This document shows, piece by piece, positions 53,207-64,000 of a stretch of 64,000 bases of DNA. The first letter of the stretch is position 1. Each line of letters begins with the position of its first letter. The notes below the pieces were generated by a model. The model ran no database searches, was not told the DNA's origin, and saw only the letters and a program-made list of their open reading frames with translations. The DNA lies in contig BQFW01000001.1 in the NCBI GenBank assembly GCA_020891255.1, forward strand, positions 1,612,001 through 1,676,000. Direction: 5' to 3'. A program made the translations under genes and the position numbers. The DNA comes from Entomortierella parvispora E1425 (lineage: Eukaryota > Fungi > Mortierellomycota).

Positions 53207-54209
53207 CTATGACTTGGCTTCGGCGATGGTAGCGACCTTGGCAAAGTACGCTCCAAGAAGATCAACCACCTCCAATCCAGCCTTGAGCTGCTCTGGGTCC
53301 GACCAATCACCACGGCTACCGCACCAGCCGTGACGGACATTGTCAAAACGCTTCTGGAAAGACTCGACGGGAAAGTCATTGTGCTTGACAGAATCGAGGA
53401 TGGGGATCTGGGGGTTTTCAATGAAAGACAAAAATAAAAGCGTCGTGTCAGTACTCATTCCAACAAATATGAACCCACTGAAGAAATTGTACTTTTCCCA
53501 GCTTCAAAATTCACGCGTACCATGTCAGCCTCATCCTTGGACGCGAGCAAGATCAAGGGACACTTGACGTCCTTGACAGTCTCGATGGTCGTGAAGGAGG
53601 GATGAGGTCCACCAGTGGCCAAAAAGGGCTGTCCTGGCTCAGAGGCAGCCTTGATCGCAATGGAGGCTCCCCAGCACAGTCCAAAGATCGAAATGGTGGT
53701 GCATCCATCTGCACGCAGGTCCTCAACGGCCGCGAGAATGAGGTCGTAAATGTGATTCTTCTTGTAGTCGCCATTCTCGGCGATCCAAGCCCAGAAAACA
53801 TCTCGGTTACCCAGCACAGAAGTAGGGGCAGGGCCATCCTTGAACATATGGGGCGAGGCGACTTGGAAACCACCATGAGACACGGCTAGACGCTACATTA
53901 TCGTAATCATGAAAAAAAAGGGAAGGTACCATAAAAAAGAAGCAAGAGAGTCCTCCGTGTTAAGGCGACAATCAATAAGAGCACCGAGCAAACAACGCGT
54001 GATCTTACATCAAAGAACTGGAGGGTTGTTGCATGGATTCCCAGAGGGTCATGGATGGCAATAACTCCGCGCTTGGAGTCCTTGGGTCCGGTTCTGTACA
54101 CCTTGCGCTCATGTCCTTCAACTTTGGTAGCGAGGACTTTGTCCTCACCCTTGGCTTGCCATTCGGCGTTGGTGGGCTGAGTGTTACAACAGGCGTCGGT
54201 GAGAGTCAT
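53207..54209 (-). CDS. Dienelactone hydrolase family protein
   Basis: MTLTDACCNT start, IAIHDPLG, nucleophile elbow GLCWGA, HPSF and HGWC. Confidence 0.9.
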
Positions 54210-54355
54210 GATGGTTCTTTTTTACGCGGACGGTTTGGAGGGGAGTTTTTTTTTTTTGTGAGTGGAGGGAGAAGGAGAGGGATAAAGTTGTTGATGATGG
54301 AAAAATAAAAGTTGACGACGTTCATCCGTCTTTTTATACCTTCCTGCGCACGGTA

Positions 54356-54544
54356 CTTCAAGCTCCACTCCAATTTTTGGCTCCCAAGACTCCATCCTCC
54401 ACTTTAGTAGAACTTGAACAGTAGCGTAGGAAACGCTTGCGCATCTGTCCGCGTAGTCGTATCTGTAGGGTATGAGTAAGTGCTTCAAGGTTTACTCCAA
54501 TTTTTGGCTCCCAAAACTCCAACCGCATTGTAGATCTTGAACAG
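54356..54544. repeat. Imperfect about 65-bp direct duplication (54356-54421 and 54483-54544)
   Basis: Shared core ACTCCAATTTTTGGCTCCCAA(G/A)ACTCCA, flanked by CTTCAAG and CTTGAACAG in both copies. Confidence 0.9.
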
Positions 54545-54702
54545 CTGTCCACGTTGTCATATCTTTGTGCGAAGTGGGCTTAGCTTGAATAATCTCGGTC
54601 TGGGCCTGCGTCAAAATTAAGTGACTGTGGAAATGTGGATTATCGAATAAATAGATGTGCCTTGTAACTCCGAAACGCGCACATCTCCATCCATCAAACA
54701 CC

Positions 54703-55211
54703 ATGGTTTTCGACGCAATGCTTGACTTGCGAATGTTCGACCTCCATCTTACGGATGTTACAGAAACGACCTGCAAAGAGATATCTCGACGCATCTTGGC
54801 ATACAATATTTGAGCGAATCGACACTTGAACAAGCAGAGATGAAGCGCAACCGCGGCATTGTTTGGGGCCCCAACAGCCGTGTGTTTGTGCCGCTGTCTA
54901 TCAGACTACAGGCTGAGCCCGTAAACGTCCACTTCCTTCTTGAGACCGGCGCCCCCGTCATGTATCTCTGCAGAAAAACCTTGAGGGCCTTGGGCGTGAA
55001 GGAGTCACAGATCCAATCGGAAGGGTACACATGGTCAGTGAGGATCAATGGGTGGCCTCTTAAGGTGCTCATGTCGCCATTGGAAAAGCATTTCCCTGAG
55101 GTCAACGTACTTGGGAGTGACTTCCTGGTTACAGCACGCTGCATCCTGAATGTGCACTATGTGGCGAAGTCATGTATCCTCGAGCTTGGCGCTCGCGCTC
55201 CTCAGCTCTAA
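54703..55211 (+). pseudogene. Frameshifted retroviral-type (clan AA) aspartic-protease-like gene with D-to-E at the catalytic motif
   Basis: The ATG at 54703 frame (MVFDAMLDLRMFDLHLTDVTETTCKEISRR) shifts at about 54793 into LGIQYLSES...GIVWGPNSRVFVPL...NVHFLLETGAPVMYL...VNVLGSDF. LETGA replaces the usual LDTG. Confidence 0.65.
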
Positions 55212-55432
55212 TCAAATGCGCTTTACCGAGCTTGATCTTTCCGTGCCGTTTCCTTGCAGTGAACAGCATGTTTGACTATTGATCATACACAATGCAGATG
55301 GCTAAAGTACAACGACATGGATCCACGCAGGTCCTCGGCATTTCTTCCTTTTTCTCCAACTCGCGTGCTGTGCTGTCAACTTCAAAAACAGATTGCTTTA
55401 TTAGCATGCACGGACCATGGTGATTTTTTTTT

Positions 55433-56070
55433 TCAAACACCTACACCCTTGAACCTTGCCTTTGTCAAAATGGCATGCACTACCTCGGTTCTCTCAGGAG
55501 TCATCGTACTGGAGATGTACACCCGCTTACCATCTCGAAGCAGGCCCAATATCACCGCGATAGGCTTCATCTTGTCGTCGAACAGCGCAACCTTGTCGTG
55601 CTTCTAGTGCTGGAGTGTGTTGTTGATAGCAATAAAATCACTGCAAAAGGTCTTCATGATCTCGATCTCTTCATCACAAAGATCGGGCGTCAGGAGCAAT
55701 CACATGAATGGCTCGTTTCCAGTGAGTCGCTTGAGAATCTGGATATTAGAGGTTGTGCATGTTGCCATGGGTCTTGTCGCTGCACATCTGCCTGATCAGA
55801 GAGCTGACTTCATCCATGATCAGGATCATGTTCTCGCAATAGGAGAGTAGATGGAGTCTGAGCAGTAACTCTGACTGCATGACCAATCGATCCCGAGCAA
55901 TCATACCACCTCTAAAAAAAAGTTGGATCTGTTCTCACACTGTTCCTGGACCAACTCGCTGTTGCCGCCACCAATTGCTGCAGCAGCAACAAGCCATCAA
56001 GTTTTCTGAAGTGCAGTCCGACGCTAGACCGAGAACAACCTCGCCAACACTTTTTACATGGTCCCAATTG
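55433..56070 (-). pseudogene. Decayed herpes UL9-like replication-origin-binding SF2 helicase fragment
   Basis: Manual translation gives RDRLVMQSELLLRL...MILIMDEVSSLIRQM (DE at 55814-55809), then HVIAPDA/DLCDEEIEIMK across a +1 frameshift, then DGKRVYISST. Several stops and frameshifts. Confidence 0.6.
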
Positions 56071-56515
56071 TTGCATTTGGAGGGGTAACGCGGTCACTTT
56101 TTAATATTGGGATCTTTGCGGGGTATAGCTCAATCAGGCGCAGAGAGCTTCAACAAGTCGATCATACTCTTGATATGGGGGATCTCTTTATTGTTATGGA
56201 ACAAGAGGGGGCTTGATGCAATGCATCGTTCTAGGGACACTGGGTGGACCCGTGCAGGGTTTTGAAAGATGGATACGATTGCCCTTCAGACCCGGAACGA
56301 CCTCAGGGGTAAATTATTACCATAAGAGCAAACAAACTGTGCTCAGTCTAGATCCTCTCCACGTGACTGCTTCTGCGAACGCGCAAGTGCCTGATTCGCA
56401 CGCAACGCTTTCATGGAATTAATGCGCGTGCGTGTGGGATGCGTCTTCTGTCTATTTTTTCATCCTCTCTTTCTTCAGCATCTTCACCGACGACCCTACG
56501 CTCTCATCAACAGCC

Positions 56516-58042
56516 ATGGTATGCAATCCTGGATACTTGTGCCTCGAGCATTATAGGACTCCATCCAAACCAGGAAGAACCACAGCGCGAGGAACATTAC
56601 TGGATTGACACGGGAAACGTTGCCACCATGGGAGACAAGGAGCAGGACATTAACCCTTCCCAGTTTGGATGCGTCACTGTTTTTGTCCAATGAATGAAGG
56701 GGAAGCTGACGTTCTGTCGACTGTTATTTTCACTAGTTCCGCAACCAATACGACAACGATATCTCAACCTGGTCCCCACAGGGACGCCTTCACCAAATTG
56801 AATATGCTCTTGAGGCCGTCAAGCAGGGCTCTGCCTCGGTTGGTTTGCGCTCAAAGACCCATGTCGTCCTTCTCGCTCTCAAGGTAAAAAGACGAAGGAA
56901 GAAAAGCAAAAAAAAAAGAACCATCTGCAAGAAAAAGGGGAGAAGATCTGTTGAAGGGGCGCATAGCGGAAAAAGACCAGGACGCTTGATTCTTATCATT
57001 TCATGTATTTGGTCTGTCTGTTTTAGCGTTCCTCTGGAGAATTGGCGTCGCATCAGCAAAAGTTGTTCCGGATCGATAATCACATGGGTATTGCCATTGC
57101 AGGACTCGTGTCGGATGCTCGTGTTTTGAGGTAAGGGAAACGGACGAGGTTTTATACAAACCGGGAGAATTGTGGTGAATTGATAGACTCTGTGCAGGAT
57201 TTCTAACGTTTTATCCAATTTGTATTGTGGATCAACCGATTAGCAATTTCATGAGAACCGAATGCATGAAATCCAAGATGATGTACGACCGCCCCATGCC
57301 TGGAAGCAGATTGGTGTCCATGATCGGAGACAGTAAGTTGGAGGATTCTTTTTTTATTTTCTTTTTTTCCCTTTACTCTCTCTCTCTCTCTTTTTTTTTT
57401 TTTTTTTTTTTTTTGGCAAGTCGATCATCGGACGTTTTGCATCAAGATTCACCCTGAAAGAAATTTTTGTTTATTCTTTATGATAGAGGCTCAGGCGAAT
57501 ACCCAGAACTACGGTCGTCGCCCCTACGGTGTTGGATTGTTGGTCGGAAGCTATGATGAAGACACTGGTGCCCATTTGTACGAGTGCCTGCCAAACGCCA
57601 ACTGCCTCGAGTACGTCGCTGTCAGTATTGGAGCCAAGAGCCAGAGTGCAAAGACTTACCTTGAAAAGTTTGCAAAGGACTTTGACGAGAGTAAGTGGAA
57701 AAGATGTATTTTTTTTTCTTCTTTCATTTGTGCAAAAAAAACATCGGAATCTGGAGTGTCGATTTGTTTTTCTTTTGAGTTATTTTCTTTGTTTCTCACT
57801 CATATTCTCTGTTTTTCGTAGCTGATGCGGATGGTTTGATCATGCACGGTCTTCATGCATTGCGCGAAACCCTTCAGCAAGATAAGGAGTTGAACATGGA
57901 CAATTGCTCGATCGGTGTGGTCGGCAAGGACAAGGACTGGGAGTTGATCGAAGGAGATCGTCTCAAGGCCTACTTGGATCAACTGGAGTCAGGCGCTGCC
58001 ACGACAGAGACTGGAGCCGGAGAGGCTATGGATACCGAGTAA
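56516..58042 (+). CDS. PRE5: 20S proteasome subunit alpha 6 (alpha type-1)
   Basis: The ATG-only first coding exon (ATG|GTATGC) joins [32 protein letters not shown]. Also [10 protein letters not shown] and [14 protein letters not shown]. Confidence 0.96.
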
Positions 58043-58244
58043 ACATGCAACCACCACCACCACAAACAAACAACAGCAGCCACAAACAGAAATCGACCCA
58101 AGGAGGATTACTCCCTAAAGAACATTTTCTTTGAGATCCGACATCTACAAATAAAAATCCAAGCAGTAACTTTTGAAAAATTGGGTTTGTTTTGATTGAA
58201 AAAAAAAATATACATAATTATGGGTAGGATGGGTGAGGGGGGGA

Positions 58245-61200
58245 TCAAGATGGGGTCATGTCTTCGTTCTTCAGTGATGGTTCACTGGATGGGTCCAACT
58301 GTTCAACAGCCGCTGGTGGCGATGCCATGTCCTTTGTAACATCGGGGAGAATACTAGGGGCCATCGGAGAGCTCTGTTTTTGGGGAGAGCCGGAGGTGTT
58401 TCGCTCAGGAGCCGGAGAGGGTGAGGATGTATGGCTGGGTGGTGCCTCTGGGCTCTTGCTGGGACCGAGAGGCTTTCGGACAGCACTGCCAGAGCTTTTG
58501 TTACTTGGTCGATTGCTTGTCTGATGAAGGGCAGCCGTCGCGGCCGCTATCCGAGCCTCGCGTTCGCGTGCTCTTTGGGCACTGGCACTAGCAGGGTCGC
58601 TTGCGCCTTTAGTTCCTGGTTCCTGCCGTTTTAGCGTGGACGCTGTTGGTCTTGCAGCCGTAGTGGTGAGCGGCTGCTTTGGCTTTGTCACGGCACCTCC
58701 AGCTCTAGAGCCTCGTAATGGGTCCTCTCTGGTGGTGCCACGAAGGGACGAGGTGGAGGATACGCGTTGGAAGGGAGCCTTGGTCGACGTGGTGGACATG
58801 GCCGGAGGATTTTTGGCTGTGGGTACAGGCGTCCCTTGTCTCCGGCCACCCTTGGCAGCAGCCAGAGCTGCATCTGCGGCAGCCTTGGCTCGTGCCCGAG
58901 GACCCAAAGGAACATTGGCAGTGTCTGGAGCAGCGTTCGTCGTCGACCATACTGAAGATAAAGTGGGTCCAGATGAGCTAGACATGGTCCTTTGCCGAGA
59001 TAAGGTGGTGGGTGGTGCTGCCTTGGGAAGAGGTCCTGGCGCAGGTCGCTTTCGACTTGAGGCCACAGCAGCCGCCCTATTCGCAGAGGTCATTGCAGCT
59101 GAGGACGCCGATGTTGTCTCCCGGCTTGCCATCTGGGTGTCACTTGTGTTCGCTTTCCGCTTCAAGCCAGCTCCAACTGCAGAGATTGATTCTGATGGCT
59201 CAACGCCAACGGGCGTGGGAGAGGATGAAGCTTCTGACGAAAGAGGTGGTGAACTTGAGCTTGCCCTCCTAAGGACACCAATGTCCAGGCCTTGGACCAG
59301 CTCCATTTCATTGGCCTCGTCTTCCAGACCCGTGTAGCCAAGTTCAAGAGGACTCTGATAAGGGCTGGCACCATGCATTTCCCGAACTTGCTTGCGCAGC
59401 GAGGCGACATTGTCCTTGTTGCCCAGCTTCTCTTCCAGCTCGATCGCACGGAACATGAGTCGCTGATTCTCGATCCTGAGCTCGTTGTTTTGCTGCTTAA
59501 TCTTGACGTGGTACTGGAGTTTTTGCTTCTGGTTCTGATGCTTCATGATGCTCTCGTTCACGTTGCCCAGATCCCGCACCTGTTCTCGCAGCTTGCCGTT
59601 CTCGGTCGTGAGTCCTTCAAAGATCACCTGGGCCTTTTCGCGCCGCTCGACTTCTTGCAGGGTCACCATTTGTTGCTCCTCCTTCAACTTGAGCAAAACC
59701 TTTTGATGGGCCAGCATTTGCTCTACTTTTTGCTTTTGTTTGGCCTCTGCAGCCAGCTGCTCCTGCTGGCGTTCGATAAGGGCAATAGCTTCTTGTTCTT
59801 CGGCCTTGAGTTTTTCTTGATGTTGCGTCAGGGACTGCTCCAATCTCTCGACCTTCTTCCGTTCGTCGGCCAGCTCACCCTCCAAAGTTTGGATCGATTC
59901 CTGGCGGACCATGGCTTCCTCTGACAGTTGTTGAAGATCTTTAGATTTCTGTTGAACAGAGTCCAAAGCCAGCTGGAGCTCTTGCTCGGCACTTCGGAGT
60001 TGGACCTCGACCTCTTGAAGACGCTTCTCCATCTGATCCGCGATCTTCATCGTGTTGGCCTTTGAATCCTCCAACAATTGCTCGTTCATCTCCTGGGCCA
60101 ACAGCAGACTGGCCTCCAACTGCGCCGATTGAGTGGTCGCTTGGTTGATTTCTTCCTTCATTTTCTCAAGTTCCATCACTCGCTTCAGTTCCCGTTCGTG
60201 GAATCCTTGTTGCTGACGCTCGGTGATGGTGGGTCCAAGATCTGCAAACTGAGCACGGAGTTCTCGGAACTTGCGCTTGTACTCTTCGTTCAGTTGGTTT
60301 TCGTTCGTCTTGACTGCGAGTTCGTTACGAGTCTGACTCAGTTGATGCTCAAGTTCGTCCTGGACAGTCCTATACTCCATTTCCAACATCCTGTGACCAT
60401 CACGGGCTTGGTCAAGCTTCTGTTCAGTCTCGCCAATCTTGCGAGCCATTTCTGACACCTTGGTCTATGAGAGCGCGTGATTATTCGAGAGTGCATGTTA
60501 GTAATTGATATATGTCCGTAATAGCATCGAAAAGGGAAAAAAAAAAAAAAAAAAAACTTACGCGAAGTTCAGACTTGGCTGTTTCCAGTTGCGTCTTCTC
60601 CCACTGGTCATGCTGCAATTGTAACTTCAAGCTGCTCAGTTCTAGCTTCTGGATGTCCAAGTCCTTCTCCAGTTGAGTGCACTTGGACTGAGAGGACTCA
60701 ACCTGGCCCTCAAGACGGATCTTGTCCTTCTTGAGCGCTTCAGTCTCGAGACTGAGGGTTTGGTGCAAGCTCTTGGTCAACGACAACTCCTCCTCCAAAA
60801 GACGCTTGGATTCCAGTGCCTGCTCGGCCTTGAGAAGGCTTTCCTTCAGGGACTGTTCAACGTCCGCAAGGGTTCGGCTTTGTTCCTCCGCTTCGACCTT
60901 GAGCACTTGGATCTCTTGCTCATGTTTTTCAACAAGCGACTTTTGGAGGGCGACCTTGGAAACCTCAGCCTCAGCAGTCAACCTGGACTCGCATTCCTTC
61001 AGCTCCACGACCAGACGGTCTTCGAGTGATTTGACCTTGCCTTCCAGTTCTGTCTCTCGTTCCTGCAGGGTTTGGCTTGCTTGGAGTGTCTTTGCTTCCA
61101 AGCTTTGCCTGGCCGACTCGCAGTCTGCGCTCAGGGTCTCCACACGCTCCTGTGAAACCCGCAACTTTTCCTCGAGTTCAGACTTTGCAGCCTTTTCCGC

Positions 61201-64000
61201 CTATAACAAGTAAATCGATCTTGTTAGAATAATCTAGAACAATAAAAAAAAAAAAAAAATACAGAGCAAAGATCCTTACCTCAATCTCTGCCGCATGCTG
61301 TTCTTCCTTGGCACGCAATTGAGTACTATGTTCCTCCAGCGCCTGAGAGCCTGCTTGCGCCAGCTTCTCGAGCTCGTCCTTGAGGCTCGATTCCAACTTC
61401 TCCAGTCTCGCCTTTTCTGTCATCAGCGTGTCACATTCCTGAGAAAGCGTGAGCAGTTCCTTGTCCAACTCGGACTGGGTGGCCATGGTCCTCGATTTCT
61501 CCTTGGCCAACAAGATCTCAGTCTCCTCCTTGGCCTTGACCAGCTCCGCCTTGGTTTCTTCCCATCGAGACTCCTTCTCCAGGAATTCCTTGTTCCGGGT
61601 TGCGTTGTACTGGACCTGAGTATCATACTCCTTCTGGGTATCGACCAATCTCTGTCGTGTCTCCTTGAGATCTGTTGTCGTGGTCCGGAGCAGTTGTTCA
61701 ACTTCCGTGTAGCTACTTTTAATCTTTGTCAACTCTTGCTCCATATCGATGGAGGCCTGCTCCATGATCTTGAAAACCTTGACACTCTCCTCCCGTTCAG
61801 CGTTCCACATCTTTTGTCTGGCCTCCGAGTCCTCATTCGCCAGCGTGATGGTCTGTTCCATGCCTAGCAGCTCTAACTGGGCCTCATCGTACCGACGCTC
61901 CAAAACTGCGTATTGATCCGTCATGCGTTCAATATCTCTCTTGAGCAAGACCTCGGAGGGTGAGTCATTGATGTCCAAGTTGGAGGTTGCTGAAAGACTT
62001 TCGGACAAGTTAATACCCATCATGGTATCATCCGCTCCAGCGCCATTTTCGCTTAGCAAACTCATCCGTGGTTTGGTGGGCGTCAAGAAGGGGGCTGAAG
62101 GAGATCCTGCTTCGCGCGTGGAGGATCCTTCTGGTGTCCGGAGGCTGCCAGACAATCGACGGTATTCTGCCTGTCTAGTTTGAGCGACTCTCTGAAGAAG
62201 AGATTTCATATCGCTAGAGAAACGACGATCCTCGTCACGGATCTTGGGAGGTGATTCTGTCATGAGGTCGTCAATCCCGTCTGCCCGAGGAAAATCGACA
62301 TCCTCCATCTCGACATTCTTGGGTGTGGCAGAGCCCAGTCTGGAGCGGAGAATTTCGTTCTCCTCACCCAGTTCAATGATTTTGGCCGCCAAATCCTCAA
62401 AATACATCTTTGCCTGCTTTTGACGTTCCTCGTAGTTCTCTCTCTCTGACTGAAACCGTTCGTACGCCTTCAAGAGTTCTAAATAATATACACAAAATGT
62501 ATTAGGCACCATTCTTTGGAGGGGAGAATTTCCCAACTTCAAGATATATAGCATGAAAGAAAATGTAGAGGGCATTACCAACATGTTTTGCAAGCTCTGC
62601 AGAGACCTTAAACACCTCTAGATGTCGTTTTGTGGACAGAAAGGAGGAACGGGTCCAATCAGTTAGTATTTTATACCGCGTTTTCAGTCCAACATCTTTT
62701 ACTCTTTGTCTTACCAGGGTGAAAGTCCAGCTGCTTCTTCAAACCGGCGATTTCCTCCAACAGGGCCGCTTTCTCGGCTTGAAGTCCTGCATTGGTGTCT
62801 CCTTTACGATGTGATGCCAGTGCACTCTCCTTGAACTTGACAACAAGTTGAGCCGATTGAAATTGTTTCTCACGAGCCTTGCAGGCTTCTTCCAACAAAC
62901 TCGACCTTGCAATCTCGGCAGCGTGTTCGGCCTGCTCCTGTCGAAGGCGTCCAAGAGTTTCCAAGTAAGTCCTCGTTGTGATAGTCGATACGTGGCCTAA
63001 GGAGAGTGGTTATGAATAGTGAATACTTGTACTAAGAGAGGGCAGCTTTTGTGTATCTTATTTTCCACTGCCTCACTTCATTTCTGAATGAGAAAAGCGA
63101 TGGCATAAGATCTTACCTCCTCCCGACGTCCTCTCGACCTCCAGCTCTGCCTTGAGTCTTTGGATTTCGGCCTGGAGTTCATTCACATTTCCTTGAATAT
63201 CTTCGTTCACAACGGCCTTGTTCTTGATCATCTTTGCGCGCTGAGCAAATCGAAGGGTGCTCAAGGTTTCCTGATAGCAAAGAGCAGAGGGCGAGATATT
63301 GGCGACAATAAATGTGTTTGAGTTGCCTCCCAATGAATCCTTGAGCAGGAACGTCAACCGACTGTCGCGGTAGTGCTATTTGCAAAAAAGAGCGGGAGAA
63401 GGAAAGAATGAAGAAAGGTATCATCCTGTCAGAACTTTTCCTCAAAACCCTTTCGTGGTGCTCTTTTTTTCTGCTTTTGTCCTTGTTCTCCATACCACGT
63501 GACGGGAATGGCCGCCCGCAATTTCGCCCAGGGCATTGATGACAGAACCAAGGCAGAGGAGACTCCGGTTGATGCTTCCTGCCTCCTTCAGTCGCAATCC
63601 CTCTGTATTGGCCAGTTTCTGCCGTTCCGATCCAGCCAAGTCCACGAGGTTGAATCTGGACTCTCGAATGTGGTTGACGCCATCCGAGAGTATCATGGAC
63701 TGAATTGTCAGTGTCAGCACTGTATGTGATCGACTGGATTCTCGGTTCATGGCGGTGGCGCTGGTGTGGCGGTTGGCGGCTCCTTGTTCAAACATCTAAA
63801 GAAAAAAATCCATTGTGGACCAGCTTTGTTAGAATCCTTTTTCTCCCGGTAAATTGACCCCTGGCAGTTGCGAAACAAAAATCAAGCCATACTTTGTATG
63901 CGTCCTTTGGGTTGTGAATGGATTCCTCGGTAACACCATCAACATAGACCCCACGCTTAATATCCTCTCGTGTTGCCCGTGCCGTTGTCGAGTTGTCCAG
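58245..64000 (-). CDS. KIF15: Kinesin-12 (KIF15-like) motor with long coiled-coil tail; 5' end beyond window
   Basis: Motor motifs [49 protein letters not shown] and [13 protein letters not shown]. The tail motif [18 protein letters not shown] resembles the KIF15/HMMR C-terminal motif. Confidence 0.9.

Noticed and set aside
44052-54209. Apparent cluster of mitochondrial genes (HBD, MRF1, MCCC2, SDH3)
   Set aside because: Interrupted by the nucleolar RRP7, and the genes belong to unrelated pathways. Such runs are plausible by chance without synteny evidence.
58636-59924. Long plus-strand ORFs (233 aa and 210 aa) antisense to the kinesin; similar antisense ORFs over RPL13, MCCC2 and PEX1
   Set aside because: These are shadow ORFs caused by biased codon usage on the true coding strand, with no family features.

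Overview
This is an intron-rich eukaryotic window. The GT-AG introns and gene families point to a fungus, probably early-diverging Mucoromycota/Mortierellaceae-like (inference). Most of it is housekeeping: PEX1, DASH subunit DAD4, an F-box protein, a Zn2Cys6-PAS transcription factor, PAS kinase, RPL13, a fungal membrane protein, a small acidic protein, 3-hydroxybutyryl-CoA dehydrogenase, MRF1, RRP7, MCCC2, SDH3, a dienelactone hydrolase, PRE5 and a KIF15-like kinesin running off the right edge. The standout is at the left edge. Four minus-strand exons (4802-3427, 3327-3085, 2976-1863, 1774-<1) splice in frame into one stop-free protein of more than 1,500 aa. It has an N-terminal XPG/FEN1-like (PIN-fold) nuclease and a C-terminal region with TnpB/Fanzor-like motifs (FSTNGYDLRVMAYKL, RuvC-I-like LCLDPG, YYGSVKFKK). 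The last exon is missing from the supplied ORF track because it runs off the window. The remaining RuvC motifs and any omega-RNA would lie beyond position 1. Upstream sits a perfect 78-bp repeat-spacer-repeat behind a TATA box. A second accessory patch (about 54.3-56.1 kb) holds a frameshifted retroviral-type aspartic protease and a decayed herpes UL9-like origin-binding helicase. No tRNA, rRNA or CRISPR array was found. Family assignments rest on motif recognition by eye, not database searches.
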